Of a stretch of 64,000 nt of DNA, positions 19,861-29,241 are shown one piece after another. The notes under the pieces were generated by a model. The model worked only from the letters and a program-made list of their open reading frames with translations, was not told the DNA's origin and searched no databases. The stretch lies in NCBI GenBank assembly GCA_965203095.1, contig OZ241877.1, positions 480,001 to 544,000 on the forward strand, written 5' to 3'. A program made the position numbers and the translations under genes. Numbering within the stretch: position 1 is the stretch's first letter; every line of letters starts with the position of its first letter. The stretch comes from Bdellovibrionales bacterium (GTDB lineage: Bacteria; Bdellovibrionota; Bdellovibrionia; Bdellovibrionales; UBA1609).

Positions 19861-20925
19861 TCAGTGAGAGGACAAAACAGTAAAGTCAGATAAAAGAGTT
19901 TTTATTTTCTCCCTCTGATCCCTTTGATCCGGACGATACAGGAGGTGAATATTGGCTCCAGCATCCATTGTCACTAAAGGCCCATCATGTTTCCAAAAAG
20001 TTTGAATACAGCTCAAAACCTTTTTTACTACCGAGGTCTGATATTTAAAAGGAGGACGAGAGCTTTCAAACAAAAGATGAATATCCAAAAATTCCTCATT
20101 ACAGATTTTAAAGCAAGCTCTCCAATCCCTCTGTTCAAAAGCTCTCATCAAAAATTGCATTCGCTTTTTGGCCCTTATTGGTCGATCCTTAAAGTGAGGA
20201 CTTGTCCGGACCCTCTCATGAGCTTTTGTAGAGCTTATCTTTTTTGGACGAGGATCTATTACAACGAGTTGGTGGAGTAATTTCCCCCAAGGAGCCGTAA
20301 AAGCTCGCACTCCCGAATCCTCCCAAAGGCAAAAAGGGGCAAAAAAAGATCGGCAAGAAGAACCTGAACCTACACGACTGAGCTGAGCCAACTTTTCCCA
20401 AGTCATTTTATTGATTAAAGATTTTATGGGGGAACGATTTTTAGCCAATTTGTAGACGGCCTGGGTGAGGGCACAAAAACTACTGGCCGAACTGGCTGTC
20501 CCTATAGATATAGGGAAGTTGCTTTGCGAAAAAACTGTATAGTGCCCAGGGAGAGAAAAAACCTTTTTCAAAAACCGGAAAAAATCCAAAAACCTTTTTT
20601 GTGCTGAGGGGGGAAGGCTGTTTTCAAAAAAAAACTTTTGAGATGTGCTATAACTGAGCTGTTTAAAAGGATTGCTTTTAAAAGCCGACCATTGATCTTT
20701 CTCTGACTCTTCAATAAGGACTTTAGTTTTAAAGTGTTCTAAAGTGTAAGATAAAGAAGGGTTTACACTTATGTTTTTAAAATAAAGATCCCCCTTTTCC
20801 TCTTCTGACAAGTTTTGGAGAAAACAAGGGTCGAAATGGACAGGAGGGATAAGGCTTTGGCCTTGAGCTTTGCCCATATACTTGATGAGAGCAATATTAG
20901 AAGGGGCCCCAGCCGACCAACTCAA
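19861..20925 (-). CDS. mvaD: Diphosphomevalonate decarboxylase
   Basis: APSNIALIKYMGK, ASSASSF, RVGSGSSCRS, TMDAGANIH. Confidence 0.92.
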   Translation of the reverse strand: MSWSAGAPSNIALIKYMGKAQGQSLIPPVHFDPCFLQNLSEEEKGDLYFKNISVNPSLSYTLEHFKTKVLIEESEKDQWSAFKSNPFKQLSYSTSQKFFFENSLPPSAQKRFLDFFRFLKKVFSLPGHYTVFSQSNFPISIGTASSASSFCALTQAVYKLAKNRSPIKSLINKMTWEKLAQLSRVGSGSSCRSFFAPFCLWEDSGVRAFTAPWGKLLHQLVVIDPRPKKISSTKAHERVRTSPHFKDRPIRAKKRMQFLMRAFEQRDWRACFKICNEEFLDIHLLFESSRPPFKYQTSVVKKVLSCIQTFWKHDGPLVTMDAGANIHLLYRPDQRDQREKIKTLLSDFTVLSSH

Positions 20926-21830
20926 TGAGAGACCTCCTCAGGTTTTGTCAATTTATGAAAAGTGACACCATAAGTGAGTTGGCTACTATCAGCCACAAGT
21001 TTTAAAAAAGATGTTTCCCTTCGGACTTCTTCTTCATCTTGTTTTTTATAAAAAACAATCAGAGTCTCTGCCCCCATAGCCCCACAGGCCTTACAGGCTT
21101 GAATGGCTTTTATATTTGTGAGTTTGTTTAAAATTTCCTGACTTTTAGTTGTGATATAATTTTTGTTAAGTAAGCCTTTTCTATAGTTATTGACGGCTGA
21201 GATAAACGCCAGCTCATCCCTTTTTTTCATGGCTTGAACCCCCTCTTGAGAGATTTTTTTAAGGTCGGAGACATCACTCAGTTTAAAATTTTTTAAATAT
21301 TTGTGGGTTTCAAAATACTCTCCTGTTCTTAAAATCAAACAATGAAGCTCTGGAAGAGATGAGGTTAATGTCTCTACAGAGAGCAAAGGATCCTGTTCAA
21401 AAATACTCACCCCTCCCACCCACTGTGTGATGACATCCGCACCACTGGGTAAAAAACCGTCAAATTTTAACTGCCGATAGCTCCTCCATATATCCTGAGG
21501 TTTAATCTGATCAATACTCCCCTCTCTTAAAATAAAACTGTAAGCATATAAAATATTAAACTGTGCTGAGGAAAATCCTAAACCTCCCACAGGGCGATCC
21601 CCATTCAGCCAATTTAATTGGACTGTTTGGAAGTCTCGAGGGTTTTTCCTAATCCATTGGCCGGCAGGGCTATTTTCACTTAAATCGAGTGAGCGAGCTT
21701 GAGAGACTTTTTGGATCCGGCAAATAAAACGAGGGGCTGTGTTCAAAACAATGGCTGGCCCGCCGTCTAAAACAGCATATTCCCCTATGACAAAGGTTTT
21801 GGCAGGGCAACTGATTTCAATCACATTCAC
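20922..21830 (-). CDS. GHMP kinase, probable phosphomevalonate kinase
   Basis: PAKTFVIGEYAVL, GLGFSSA, SGADV, KACGAMG; GTG start at 21830 inferred. Confidence 0.75.
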   Translation of the reverse strand: MNVIEISCPAKTFVIGEYAVLDGGPAIVLNTAPRFICRIQKVSQARSLDLSENSPAGQWIRKNPRDFQTVQLNWLNGDRPVGGLGFSSAQFNILYAYSFILREGSIDQIKPQDIWRSYRQLKFDGFLPSGADVITQWVGGVSIFEQDPLLSVETLTSSLPELHCLILRTGEYFETHKYLKNFKLSDVSDLKKISQEGVQAMKKRDELAFISAVNNYRKGLLNKNYITTKSQEILNKLTNIKAIQACKACGAMGAETLIVFYKKQDEEEVRRETSFLKLVADSSQLTYGVTFHKLTKPEEVSH

Positions 21831-22144
21831 TGTTGACAAAATCCTTTCAGGTCGTTTCACTATCCCGACCCTCCTGAAAAAAGTCAGTTGGGCCGGCCGT
21901 TTTTTCATACTCCTCAAAACTTTTATTGTCAAGAACAGAATGTTATGTCCCTATTTTTCCCTTGTTTTTGTGCAACAGCCATGTTAAAATGGCCTTCATA
22001 ATGAAAAGAAAAAGCTCAAAATCCGGCAAAAATCTTTTAAAAGAAGAGCTATTTGTAATTCAAGCCACAGGTGACAATGCAAGACTCATCAACTCCACCC
22101 CATTTAAAGCTAAAGCCTTTTCTTAAAAACGACGGTAAAAGGGT

Positions 22145-22831
22145 TTGAAAAAAGCCAGTCAGCTAAGGAAAACTTTTATCGTTGGCGATGTGCATGGTTG
22201 TTTTAAAGAGTTTCTATTTTTGTTAAAAAAAGCCGGCTATCAACAGGAAATTCACCGTTTAATTTTAGTGGGAGATGCCATCAATCGAGGCCCGGATTCC
22301 CTTAAAGTGTTAAAATGGTTAAGGCAAAATGGGGCTGAGCTTATCCGTGGCAATCATGAGCAAGCTTTTATTAAATGTTTAACAGAGGGGGGGCCTTTGC
22401 CCTCTGCCCTTAAAAAACTCAAAGAGGACATGAAAGGGGAAGTGGATGATTGGTTGAAATGGTTGCTCCAACTCCCTTTTTATATTGAGGATAAAGATTT
22501 TTTAGTGGTGCATGCTGGCCTGCTTCCCGGGAAAAGTCCAAAAAAAACTGAGCCTCATATTTTAATGAACATTCGCACTTGGGATGGCCAGGGAAAAGAT
22601 ATAAAAAATAAACTCAACCCCGCATGGCATTCTTTTTACAAAGGATCTCAACTGGTCATTTATGGGCACTGGGCAGAACAGGGCCTTAAGCTGAAGGAGA
22701 ACTCTATAGGCTTAGACACAGGTTGTGTGTATGGCCATAAATTGTCTGGGATTTGGCTTCCAGAGAGAAAAATTTTTCAGGTTCCTGCCCTTAAAAAATA
22801 CTATTCCGTCACCCATGAAAAAGCTCTGTGA
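22145..22831 (+). CDS. Calcineurin-like metallophosphoesterase (ApaH/PrpE-like)
   Basis: GDVHGC, GDAINRGPDS, RGNHE, VHAG, LDTGCVYG. Confidence 0.92.
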   Translation: MKKASQLRKTFIVGDVHGCFKEFLFLLKKAGYQQEIHRLILVGDAINRGPDSLKVLKWLRQNGAELIRGNHEQAFIKCLTEGGPLPSALKKLKEDMKGEVDDWLKWLLQLPFYIEDKDFLVVHAGLLPGKSPKKTEPHILMNIRTWDGQGKDIKNKLNPAWHSFYKGSQLVIYGHWAEQGLKLKENSIGLDTGCVYGHKLSGIWLPERKIFQVPALKKYYSVTHEKAL

Positions 22832-22856
22832 TCTATTCGAATGTAAATTTTCCGGT

Positions 22857-23789
22857 TTAATGATTACGGGTACTTTTAAGCTCCTTTTTGCCTTCAAGAG
22901 TGAGTATCCAACTGTGGGTAAAGTAGGAGTTGGCCTCTTTTCTCACACCTTCAAGTAAGCCAGAAGTGACTCCTGTAGCTAAAAATAAAAGCTCCCCTTT
23001 AGCCAACTCATCCCTATCCCAAACTTTATCTAACTCCGAGACACCAGCTTGCAAAGTTTTTTGCCTTTCCTCTTCGTTTTTATATAAAAGTCGCCCTTGG
23101 AAACCACCTCCCAAACACTTTAAAGCTCCTGCTGATAAAACCCCTTCGGGAGCACCTCCGGCCCCCATAAGCAAATCAATGGAGGAGGATTTTAAGGCGG
23201 ACTCCAAAGCCAAAGCCACATCACCATCCCCTAAAAGTTGAATTTTTGCCCCAGCTCTTCTTATTTTTTCAATCAACTCTTTATGGCGAGGGCGGTTTAA
23301 AACCCCTACTGTGATCTCCTCAGGAGTTTTGCCCAAAGCCTTTGCTGTTAAGGCAATGTTTTGGCTGGGTTCCGCATTCAGATCTATACAATTTTTAGCC
23401 TCTGGCCCACAGGCGATTTTTTGCATATAAATATCGGGAGCTTTAAATAAATAGCCCCTTTCCGCCACGGCTATTACACAAAGTGCTCCCCTACGGCCCT
23501 CAGCACATAAAGTGGTCCCTTCTAAAGGATCCACTGCCACATCCACTTTTAAAGAGGCATGGGGATCGCCTAACTGTTCCCCAGTGTAAAGGCGAGGGGC
23601 CTGATCTCTCTCCCCCTCTCCTATAACGATTTGAATATCCATCGGCAAGCGGTTAAAAGCCTCTCTCATAGCAGAGACCGCAAGCTTATCCGCCCCTTGG
23701 GGGTCCCCCTTCCCTATTAGAGAATGACAAGCTATGGCCGATTTTTCCGTAATATTGACAAAATCTAAAATATAATCTTCCCATCGCAT
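22857..23789 (-). CDS. glpX: Fructose-1,6-bisphosphatase class II
   Basis: VIGEGERD, VDPLEGT, DGDV, GGAPEGV, ATGVT. Confidence 0.96.
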   Translation of the reverse strand: MRWEDYILDFVNITEKSAIACHSLIGKGDPQGADKLAVSAMREAFNRLPMDIQIVIGEGERDQAPRLYTGEQLGDPHASLKVDVAVDPLEGTTLCAEGRRGALCVIAVAERGYLFKAPDIYMQKIACGPEAKNCIDLNAEPSQNIALTAKALGKTPEEITVGVLNRPRHKELIEKIRRAGAKIQLLGDGDVALALESALKSSSIDLLMGAGGAPEGVLSAGALKCLGGGFQGRLLYKNEEERQKTLQAGVSELDKVWDRDELAKGELLFLATGVTSGLLEGVRKEANSYFTHSWILTLEGKKELKSTRNH

Positions 23790-23860
23790 GGCTCGCAGTA
23801 TAAAAGTTTTGGAGTGGCTTTTGCAATGTTTTTTAATTCAGAGGGGATTAAAGTTCAAGA

Positions 23861-23932
23861 TATACTGATCACAGTTGAGATTTCCGGTCAAAACAGGAGA
23901 AAAGATAGGAATTTTTAAATAAAATCAGTATA
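23861..23932. mobile_element. MITE-like family A copy 2
   Basis: TATACTGAT...ATCAGTATA ends; shares TTGAGATTTCCGGTCAAAACAG with copy 1. Confidence 0.75.
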
Positions 23933-23974
23933 AATTCTGGACTCGCTCAAAACAAAAAAGTAATATTCCTTATT

Positions 23975-24211
23975 ATGAGAAAATCTTGTGCTATGTGCCT
24001 TATGCCTTTTAAAAAAGATCCAGGGAAGAGAGAATCCGATACCTACTGTAGCCATTGCTTTAAAAATGGAGAACTCCTTTACAAGGGAAAAAATGTTAAA
24101 GAATTTAAAAAAATTTGCCAACAAGCCATGATAAACAAAGGCATGAACAAATACACTGCTCAATTTTACACTTTTTTTATCCCTTTAGCCCCTTATTGGC
24201 GAAAGAAATGA
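23975..24211 (+). CDS. Small zinc-ribbon domain protein
   Basis: CAMCLMP...YCSHCFKNG, C-terminal IPLAPYW; ATGA overlap with prs. Confidence 0.8.
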   Translation: MRKSCAMCLMPFKKDPGKRESDTYCSHCFKNGELLYKGKNVKEFKKICQQAMINKGMNKYTAQFYTFFIPLAPYWRKK

Positions 24212-25143
24212 AGATTTTTTCCGGTCGCTCCAATCCCGCCTTTGCACAGGCCACAGCTCAGTGCCTCAAGGAAAAGGTAGGAGATCTGGCCATCTCTCAC
24301 TTTGCGGATGGGGAGATCTTTGTTCAAATTAAGGAAAATGTCCGTGGCCTCCATGTTTTCCTCATACAAAGTGCCTGCCCTCCAGTAAATGAGAATTATA
24401 TGGAGCTGTTTTTAATATTGGATGCCCTTAAAAGGGCCTCTGCCAAAGAGATCACTTTAGTCATGCCCTATTATGGCTATGCCCGGCAGGACCGGAAATC
24501 CGCCCCCCGTGTGCCCATCTCCGCAAAATGCATAGCGGATATGTGCTCCTGTGCAGGGGCCAACAGGCTCTTGGTTGTGGATTTGCACGCCCCACAGATT
24601 CAAGGTTTTTTTAACATTCCCGTAGATAATCTTTTTGCCTCGCCGGTTTTAGCTAAAGCATGGCAAAAAAACCATTCGGAGGGTGATGTAGTGGTGGTTA
24701 GCCCTGATGCTGGAGGGGCAGAAAGGGCCAGAGCTTTCGCTAAAAAAATCAAAGGGGCCAGTGTGGCCATGATTGATAAGAGAAGGCTGGAGGCCAACCA
24801 AGCGAAAGCCTTAAATGTTATTGGCGATGTGAGAGGTAAAACCGCTTTGATTTTAGATGATATGGTGGACAGTGCCGGCACCTTGTGCGAAGCCTCTGTC
24901 CGGCTTTTGTCTGAAGGGGCTAAAGAGGTGACGGCCTTGGCCACTCATCCATTATTTTCCGGCCCCGCCATAGAGAGGATTAAAAAAAGCCCACTCAAAG
25001 AGGTTTTTGTCACGAACACGATCCCCCTCAGTGCAAAAGCCCAAGCCATTAAAAAAATCCACACTGTGGATCTGGCCCCCCTTGTGGCAGAAGCCATCCA
25101 AAGAATATCCAACAAAAGCTCTGTGAGCTTTTTGTTTGATTAA
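24208..25143 (+). CDS. prs: Ribose-phosphate pyrophosphokinase
   Basis: FADGE, PYYGYARQDRK, DLHAPQIQGFF, SPDAGG, DDMVDSAGT; ATG at 24208. Confidence 0.97.
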   Translation: MKIFSGRSNPAFAQATAQCLKEKVGDLAISHFADGEIFVQIKENVRGLHVFLIQSACPPVNENYMELFLILDALKRASAKEITLVMPYYGYARQDRKSAPRVPISAKCIADMCSCAGANRLLVVDLHAPQIQGFFNIPVDNLFASPVLAKAWQKNHSEGDVVVVSPDAGGAERARAFAKKIKGASVAMIDKRRLEANQAKALNVIGDVRGKTALILDDMVDSAGTLCEASVRLLSEGAKEVTALATHPLFSGPAIERIKKSPLKEVFVTNTIPLSAKAQAIKKIHTVDLAPLVAEAIQRISNKSSVSFLFD

Positions 25144-25263
25144 AATTAAACATTGCAAATAATTTAAGATTGACAAGCCACCGGTTTTAAGCTTAAAGTG
25201 GCTTTTTCTCTTTTGGTTTTTTTTAAAAAGTGACATAAATGGCAAATATATTGAGGAGATAAA

Positions 25264-25920
25264 ATGGAATTAACAATTAAAGTTTCCCCAAGGAATGAGA
25301 GAGGGAGGCAAAACAAAAAAATTCGTAAAAATAAAAGAGTTCCCGCTGTGGTTTATGGCAAGGGGCAAAAAAATTTGTCTTTTTCTATGGACATTCGCTC
25401 TGCGGAAAAATATTCTACAAAAAAGTATGAAAATAAAATCTTCACTTTGGATTCGGAAGATGAGCAGTTAAAAGGGCTAAAGGTCATAAAAAAAGCCCTA
25501 TCTCGCCATAAAGTGAGTGGGCGACCTCTCCATTTGGATTTCCTTTCTTTAGATATGACAAAAGCTCTCCGTGTTCCAGTAGATATTCACTTCAAAGGCC
25601 TTCCTAAGGGAGTTAAAGAGGAGGGAGGGATTTTTAACATTATATTAAGAAATCTTGAGATAGAGTGCCTACCTAATGAAATCCCCCCCGCTATTGATTT
25701 GGATGTGTCCCAGCTCACTTTAAACCAAAGTATTCATGTTGAAGATTTAAAATTGCCTAAAAATCTGAAACGGATCACTAAAGGCAAAAGAACTATCTGC
25801 ACTTTGGTTCCAGCTAAAGAGGAAGAGGAGAAAAAGGCTGAAGAACCAGGCGATGATTCCGCCTTAGAGGGGAAATCACCACCATCGGAGAAGGCAGAAC
25901 CTAAAAAGGACAGTAAATAA
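25264..25920 (+). CDS. rplY: 50S ribosomal protein L25/Ctc
   Basis: VPAVVYG, LHLDF, GVKEEGG, CLPNEIP; prs-rplY-pth order. Confidence 0.95.
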   Translation: MELTIKVSPRNERGRQNKKIRKNKRVPAVVYGKGQKNLSFSMDIRSAEKYSTKKYENKIFTLDSEDEQLKGLKVIKKALSRHKVSGRPLHLDFLSLDMTKALRVPVDIHFKGLPKGVKEEGGIFNIILRNLEIECLPNEIPPAIDLDVSQLTLNQSIHVEDLKLPKNLKRITKGKRTICTLVPAKEEEEKKAEEPGDDSALEGKSPPSEKAEPKKDSK

Positions 25921-25932
25921 GAGCGGAAAAAT

Positions 25933-26496
25933 ATGAAAATCATTGTGGGTTTGGGGAATCCGGATCCAAAGCACAGTCTTACAAGACATAATTTGGGCTT
26001 TGTTCTCATAGACGCTATAGTGGGGGGAAATAGTTTTGAGAAAAAACACAAAAGCCTTATTCGAAAAACAAAAATAGGAGAAACTGCCGTCCTCTTAGTC
26101 AAACCTCAAACCTTTATGAATTTGTCCGGCCAGGCCATAAAAGAGATTATCCATTTTTACAAAAGACCTTTAGAAGATCTGTTGGTCATTCATGACGATA
26201 AAGATCAAATTTTTGGGCAGATGAAATTTCAAAAAGGCCGTGGGCATGGCGGGCACAATGGAGTAAAAAACATACATCAGGAGTTAGGTTCTTCAAATTA
26301 CTGCCGGTTAAAGATAGGGATAGCCCGGACCGAACCGATCCGGCAAAGCACATCTCAGTTTGTCCTCTCCCCCTTTCAACCTGATGAGAAAAAACAACTC
26401 CCCACACTTTTACAAAAGGGAGTAGAGGCTGTTCGCTCTTTTGTGATTCATGGCTTATCATTCTCAGCTAATCAGTTCAATTCCAAAAAGCTATGA
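25933..26496 (+). CDS. pth: Peptidyl-tRNA hydrolase
   Basis: IVGLGNP, TRHNLGF, KPQTFMNLSG, GGHNG. Confidence 0.97.
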   Translation: MKIIVGLGNPDPKHSLTRHNLGFVLIDAIVGGNSFEKKHKSLIRKTKIGETAVLLVKPQTFMNLSGQAIKEIIHFYKRPLEDLLVIHDDKDQIFGQMKFQKGRGHGGHNGVKNIHQELGSSNYCRLKIGIARTEPIRQSTSQFVLSPFQPDEKKQLPTLLQKGVEAVRSFVIHGLSFSANQFNSKKL

Positions 26497-27632
26497 GTTT
26501 AAAATGCGGAATTGTTGGCCTGCCCAATGTGGGAAAAAGCACACTTTTTAACAGTTTGACTAACTCCTCTCAGGCACTGGCCGGCAACTACCCTTTTTGC
26601 ACCATAGAGGCCAATAAGGGGAGAGTTTTTGTTCCCGATAATCGTTTAAAAGAGTTGGCCCGGATCATTCAACCCCAACAAATTATCCCCACATCTTTTG
26701 AGTTTATAGATATTGCCGGCTTGGTTAAAGGGGCAAGCAAAGGGGAGGGCTTAGGCAATCAGTTTTTATCTCATATCCGGGAGGTGGACTCTTTACTTCA
26801 TCTTGTTCGGATTTTTAAAGACAAGCAAATTAGTCATGTTTATGGAGAACCCAATCCTCTAAGGGATATTGAAATTATAAACACAGAGTTATTGTTAGCC
26901 GACTTAGAGATGGCAGAGAGACGATTTAACAAAATAAAAAAAACAGCCCAGTCCGCAAAAGATAAAAAACTCCTGCAAGAATGTGAAACTCTAAAAAAAG
27001 TTTTGGACATTTTATCTCAAAATAAAAGCTTAAGGGATTTTGATTGGAATAAGGATGAAAAAACATATTTAAAATCTTTAAACTTTATTTCCTTAAAGCC
27101 CGTTCTTTATATTTGCAATTTTAAGGAGGAAGATTTTCTCCAAAATCAAAAAGAGAGTGCAAGCTTGAAAACTCAGCAGGCCAGCTTAGCCTCTATGGCT
27201 CAAAAAATAAAAGACAATTTAATAAAAGAAGAACTTATCAGTATCTCTTGTGCTTTAGAGGCTGAAATGTCCGGCTGGACTTTTTTGGAAAAAATAGAAT
27301 TTTTAAAACCCTTGGGCCTTAAAGAACCGGCCCTTCACTCTGTTATTAAAAAAGTCTACCAACAGTTGGATTTAATCTCTTTTTTTACAGCAGGGGAAAA
27401 AGAAGTTAGGGCTTGGACCATCCCTAAAGGGGCTTTAGCCCCTGAGGCCGGCGGGAAAATTCACTCTGATTTTGAAAAAGGATTTATCCGTGCGGAGGTC
27501 TATCCTTGTGAAGAGCTTTTTAAACAAGGATCAGAAAAAACTTTAAAGCAAAAAGGGCTTGTCCGGGCTGTGGGAAAAACTTATGAAGTGCAAGATGGCG
27601 ATGTCTTACATTTTTTATTTAATCGCCCGTGA
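26493..27632 (+). CDS. ychF: Redox-regulated ATPase YchF
   Basis: GIVGLPNVGKSTLFN, NYPFCTI, DIAGLVKGASKGEGLGNQFL, TGS domain. Confidence 0.97.
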   Translation: MSLKCGIVGLPNVGKSTLFNSLTNSSQALAGNYPFCTIEANKGRVFVPDNRLKELARIIQPQQIIPTSFEFIDIAGLVKGASKGEGLGNQFLSHIREVDSLLHLVRIFKDKQISHVYGEPNPLRDIEIINTELLLADLEMAERRFNKIKKTAQSAKDKKLLQECETLKKVLDILSQNKSLRDFDWNKDEKTYLKSLNFISLKPVLYICNFKEEDFLQNQKESASLKTQQASLASMAQKIKDNLIKEELISISCALEAEMSGWTFLEKIEFLKPLGLKEPALHSVIKKVYQQLDLISFFTAGEKEVRAWTIPKGALAPEAGGKIHSDFEKGFIRAEVYPCEELFKQGSEKTLKQKGLVRAVGKTYEVQDGDVLHFLFNRP

Positions 27633-27724
27633 AAAACCTTGTTAAAAAATAGTTTTCCACAAGATGGACTCTGAAAAAACAGAAAGTGAAAATGCTTGGC
27701 GAAAGGCTTTTTCACGAGGGGCTA
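27625..27724. repeat. Family B-type terminal inverted repeat pair
   Basis: GCCCGTGAAAAA...TTTTTCACGAGGGGC; left arm includes the ychF TGA stop. Confidence 0.5.
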
Positions 27725-27737
27725 TTTAATGTTTAAA

Positions 27738-28670
27738 CTATTTTGCAGATATAAATTGAGTAGTAAAGCTCCAAGTTTTTTTAAGGAGCTTTATGGAAAA
27801 CCTTTTCTCCTTCCTTTCCAAATGTTTGAGAATTTCTTCAATATGAGATTGCCCGTAATGGGAAAGCTTGAGTTTTCGCATATAAAAAGCCAAAAGCCTT
27901 TTTTGATCCTTTAGTGGCAATTCCATCAAAAACTTCCGGCGAATCCCCTGATTTGTGACGGCTAAAAAAAGGGAATCTTCTTTTTCCGAGTGAGACAGCA
28001 AATCTAAGGATCGGGCCAGGCTTTTTTGAGAGCCGGGTCTTTTTTTTTCTAAATCCAAAAGCCATTGGTTCCGGATCCAGTTTCTTAAATAACGGTTATC
28101 CTTATTAGAAGGGTCCTCTATCCATTGGAGTTGGTTTTCCCTGGCATAACATTCGATCTCTTGCCGAGTCCAAAACAAAAGTGGTCGCAAATAAGGAGCT
28201 TGATGGGCTGGTAAAGCCTTTAAACCCGTTTTGCCACAACCTCTAATTAGTTGAATCAACTGAGTTTCTAAAAGATCATTTTTATTATGAGCTAAAGCTA
28301 AAATGTCTGCTCGCTTTTGCCTTAAAAATTTTTTAAAATGAAAATGGCGAAAATTTCTCATACCCTCTTCACTTTTTAAAATAGTTTGAGCTTGTGGAGA
28401 GCATAAAAACTCCTGAGAGTAGTTTTGGCTCAACCGATAAACTTGCTCACAAGCCCTTTTCCTGTAAGTTTGAATCAGTTTTTTATGAGAGGGGCCATGG
28501 TGAATATGAGCTATATAAAGCTGAAGCCGGCAGGGCCGGCGGAGTTGGGACAAAAGATCCAGCAAGACCACTGAATCCAGCCCTCCAGAGATCCCTAAAA
28601 TGATTTTTTTATTTTGAATTTTATGACTCTTAAAAAAACTTAAAATTTTGTTAAAAAAATGTTTTTTCAC
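27738..28670 (-). CDS. tilS: tRNA(Ile)-lysidine synthetase
   Basis: SGGLDS, AHNKNDLLET, RPLL, EDPSN, RNWIR. Confidence 0.93.
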   Translation of the reverse strand: MKKHFFNKILSFFKSHKIQNKKIILGISGGLDSVVLLDLLSQLRRPCRLQLYIAHIHHGPSHKKLIQTYRKRACEQVYRLSQNYSQEFLCSPQAQTILKSEEGMRNFRHFHFKKFLRQKRADILALAHNKNDLLETQLIQLIRGCGKTGLKALPAHQAPYLRPLLFWTRQEIECYARENQLQWIEDPSNKDNRYLRNWIRNQWLLDLEKKRPGSQKSLARSLDLLSHSEKEDSLFLAVTNQGIRRKFLMELPLKDQKRLLAFYMRKLKLSHYGQSHIEEILKHLERKEKRFSIKLLKKTWSFTTQFISAK

Positions 28671-28975
28671 TTCCGCTCATTTTTTTGATCCTGCTTGTAG
28701 CCACAAAAAAAATAGCTAACCACAGCAAAAGGCACAAGAGGGCTGAGGCTCACTATAGCGATCAGGCCCTGAGCCACATCACTCATGTTAAGGATAATGT
28801 AAGGGAGGCTTAAAGCCAATAGGGAGTATATCAATCCCCCCACTATGCAAAGCCATGTAATGGAATTGGCTTTAAGAGGAACCTTACACCCTCGACAACT
28901 CCAGCGGGCCCAACTATATTTTATAAGCCATAGCTTTAAGGATATAGGGGGTTGACGGCAAGAAGGGCATTTCAT
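28667..28975 (-). CDS. Small membrane protein with N-terminal CxxC..CxxC
   Basis: CPSC, CRGC, two TM helices; 4-bp overlap with tilS. Confidence 0.65.
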   Translation of the reverse strand: MKCPSCRQPPISLKLWLIKYSWARWSCRGCKVPLKANSITWLCIVGGLIYSLLALSLPYIILNMSDVAQGLIAIVSLSPLVPFAVVSYFFCGYKQDQKNERK

Positions 28976-29241
28976 AAAAAACTCCTTTTTTACTTTTTAA
29001 TGTGGATAGTATTTTTTGTCAATGGAGACTGCAACTGGCCTAAAAACCAAAGGGAAAGGGCAGGACTTTATCCCTAAATCCTGCTTTTATAAAATAAACT
29101 TGATTTTTCCTTATTGTTTTTGTTAAAATAAGCTGAGGTTGGCTTTAGTCCTGCTCCAATAAATCTCTTTGACATCTCGATTGTCAAAAAGGGAGGGCAT
29201 TAAGCCTAACTCTGCCAAAGTTTTTAAACAAGAAGGCCATT

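Noticed and set aside
19600..19883. Two 63-aa ORFs between mvaD and mevalonate kinase
   Set aside because: They coincide with the family B MITE; no coding signal.
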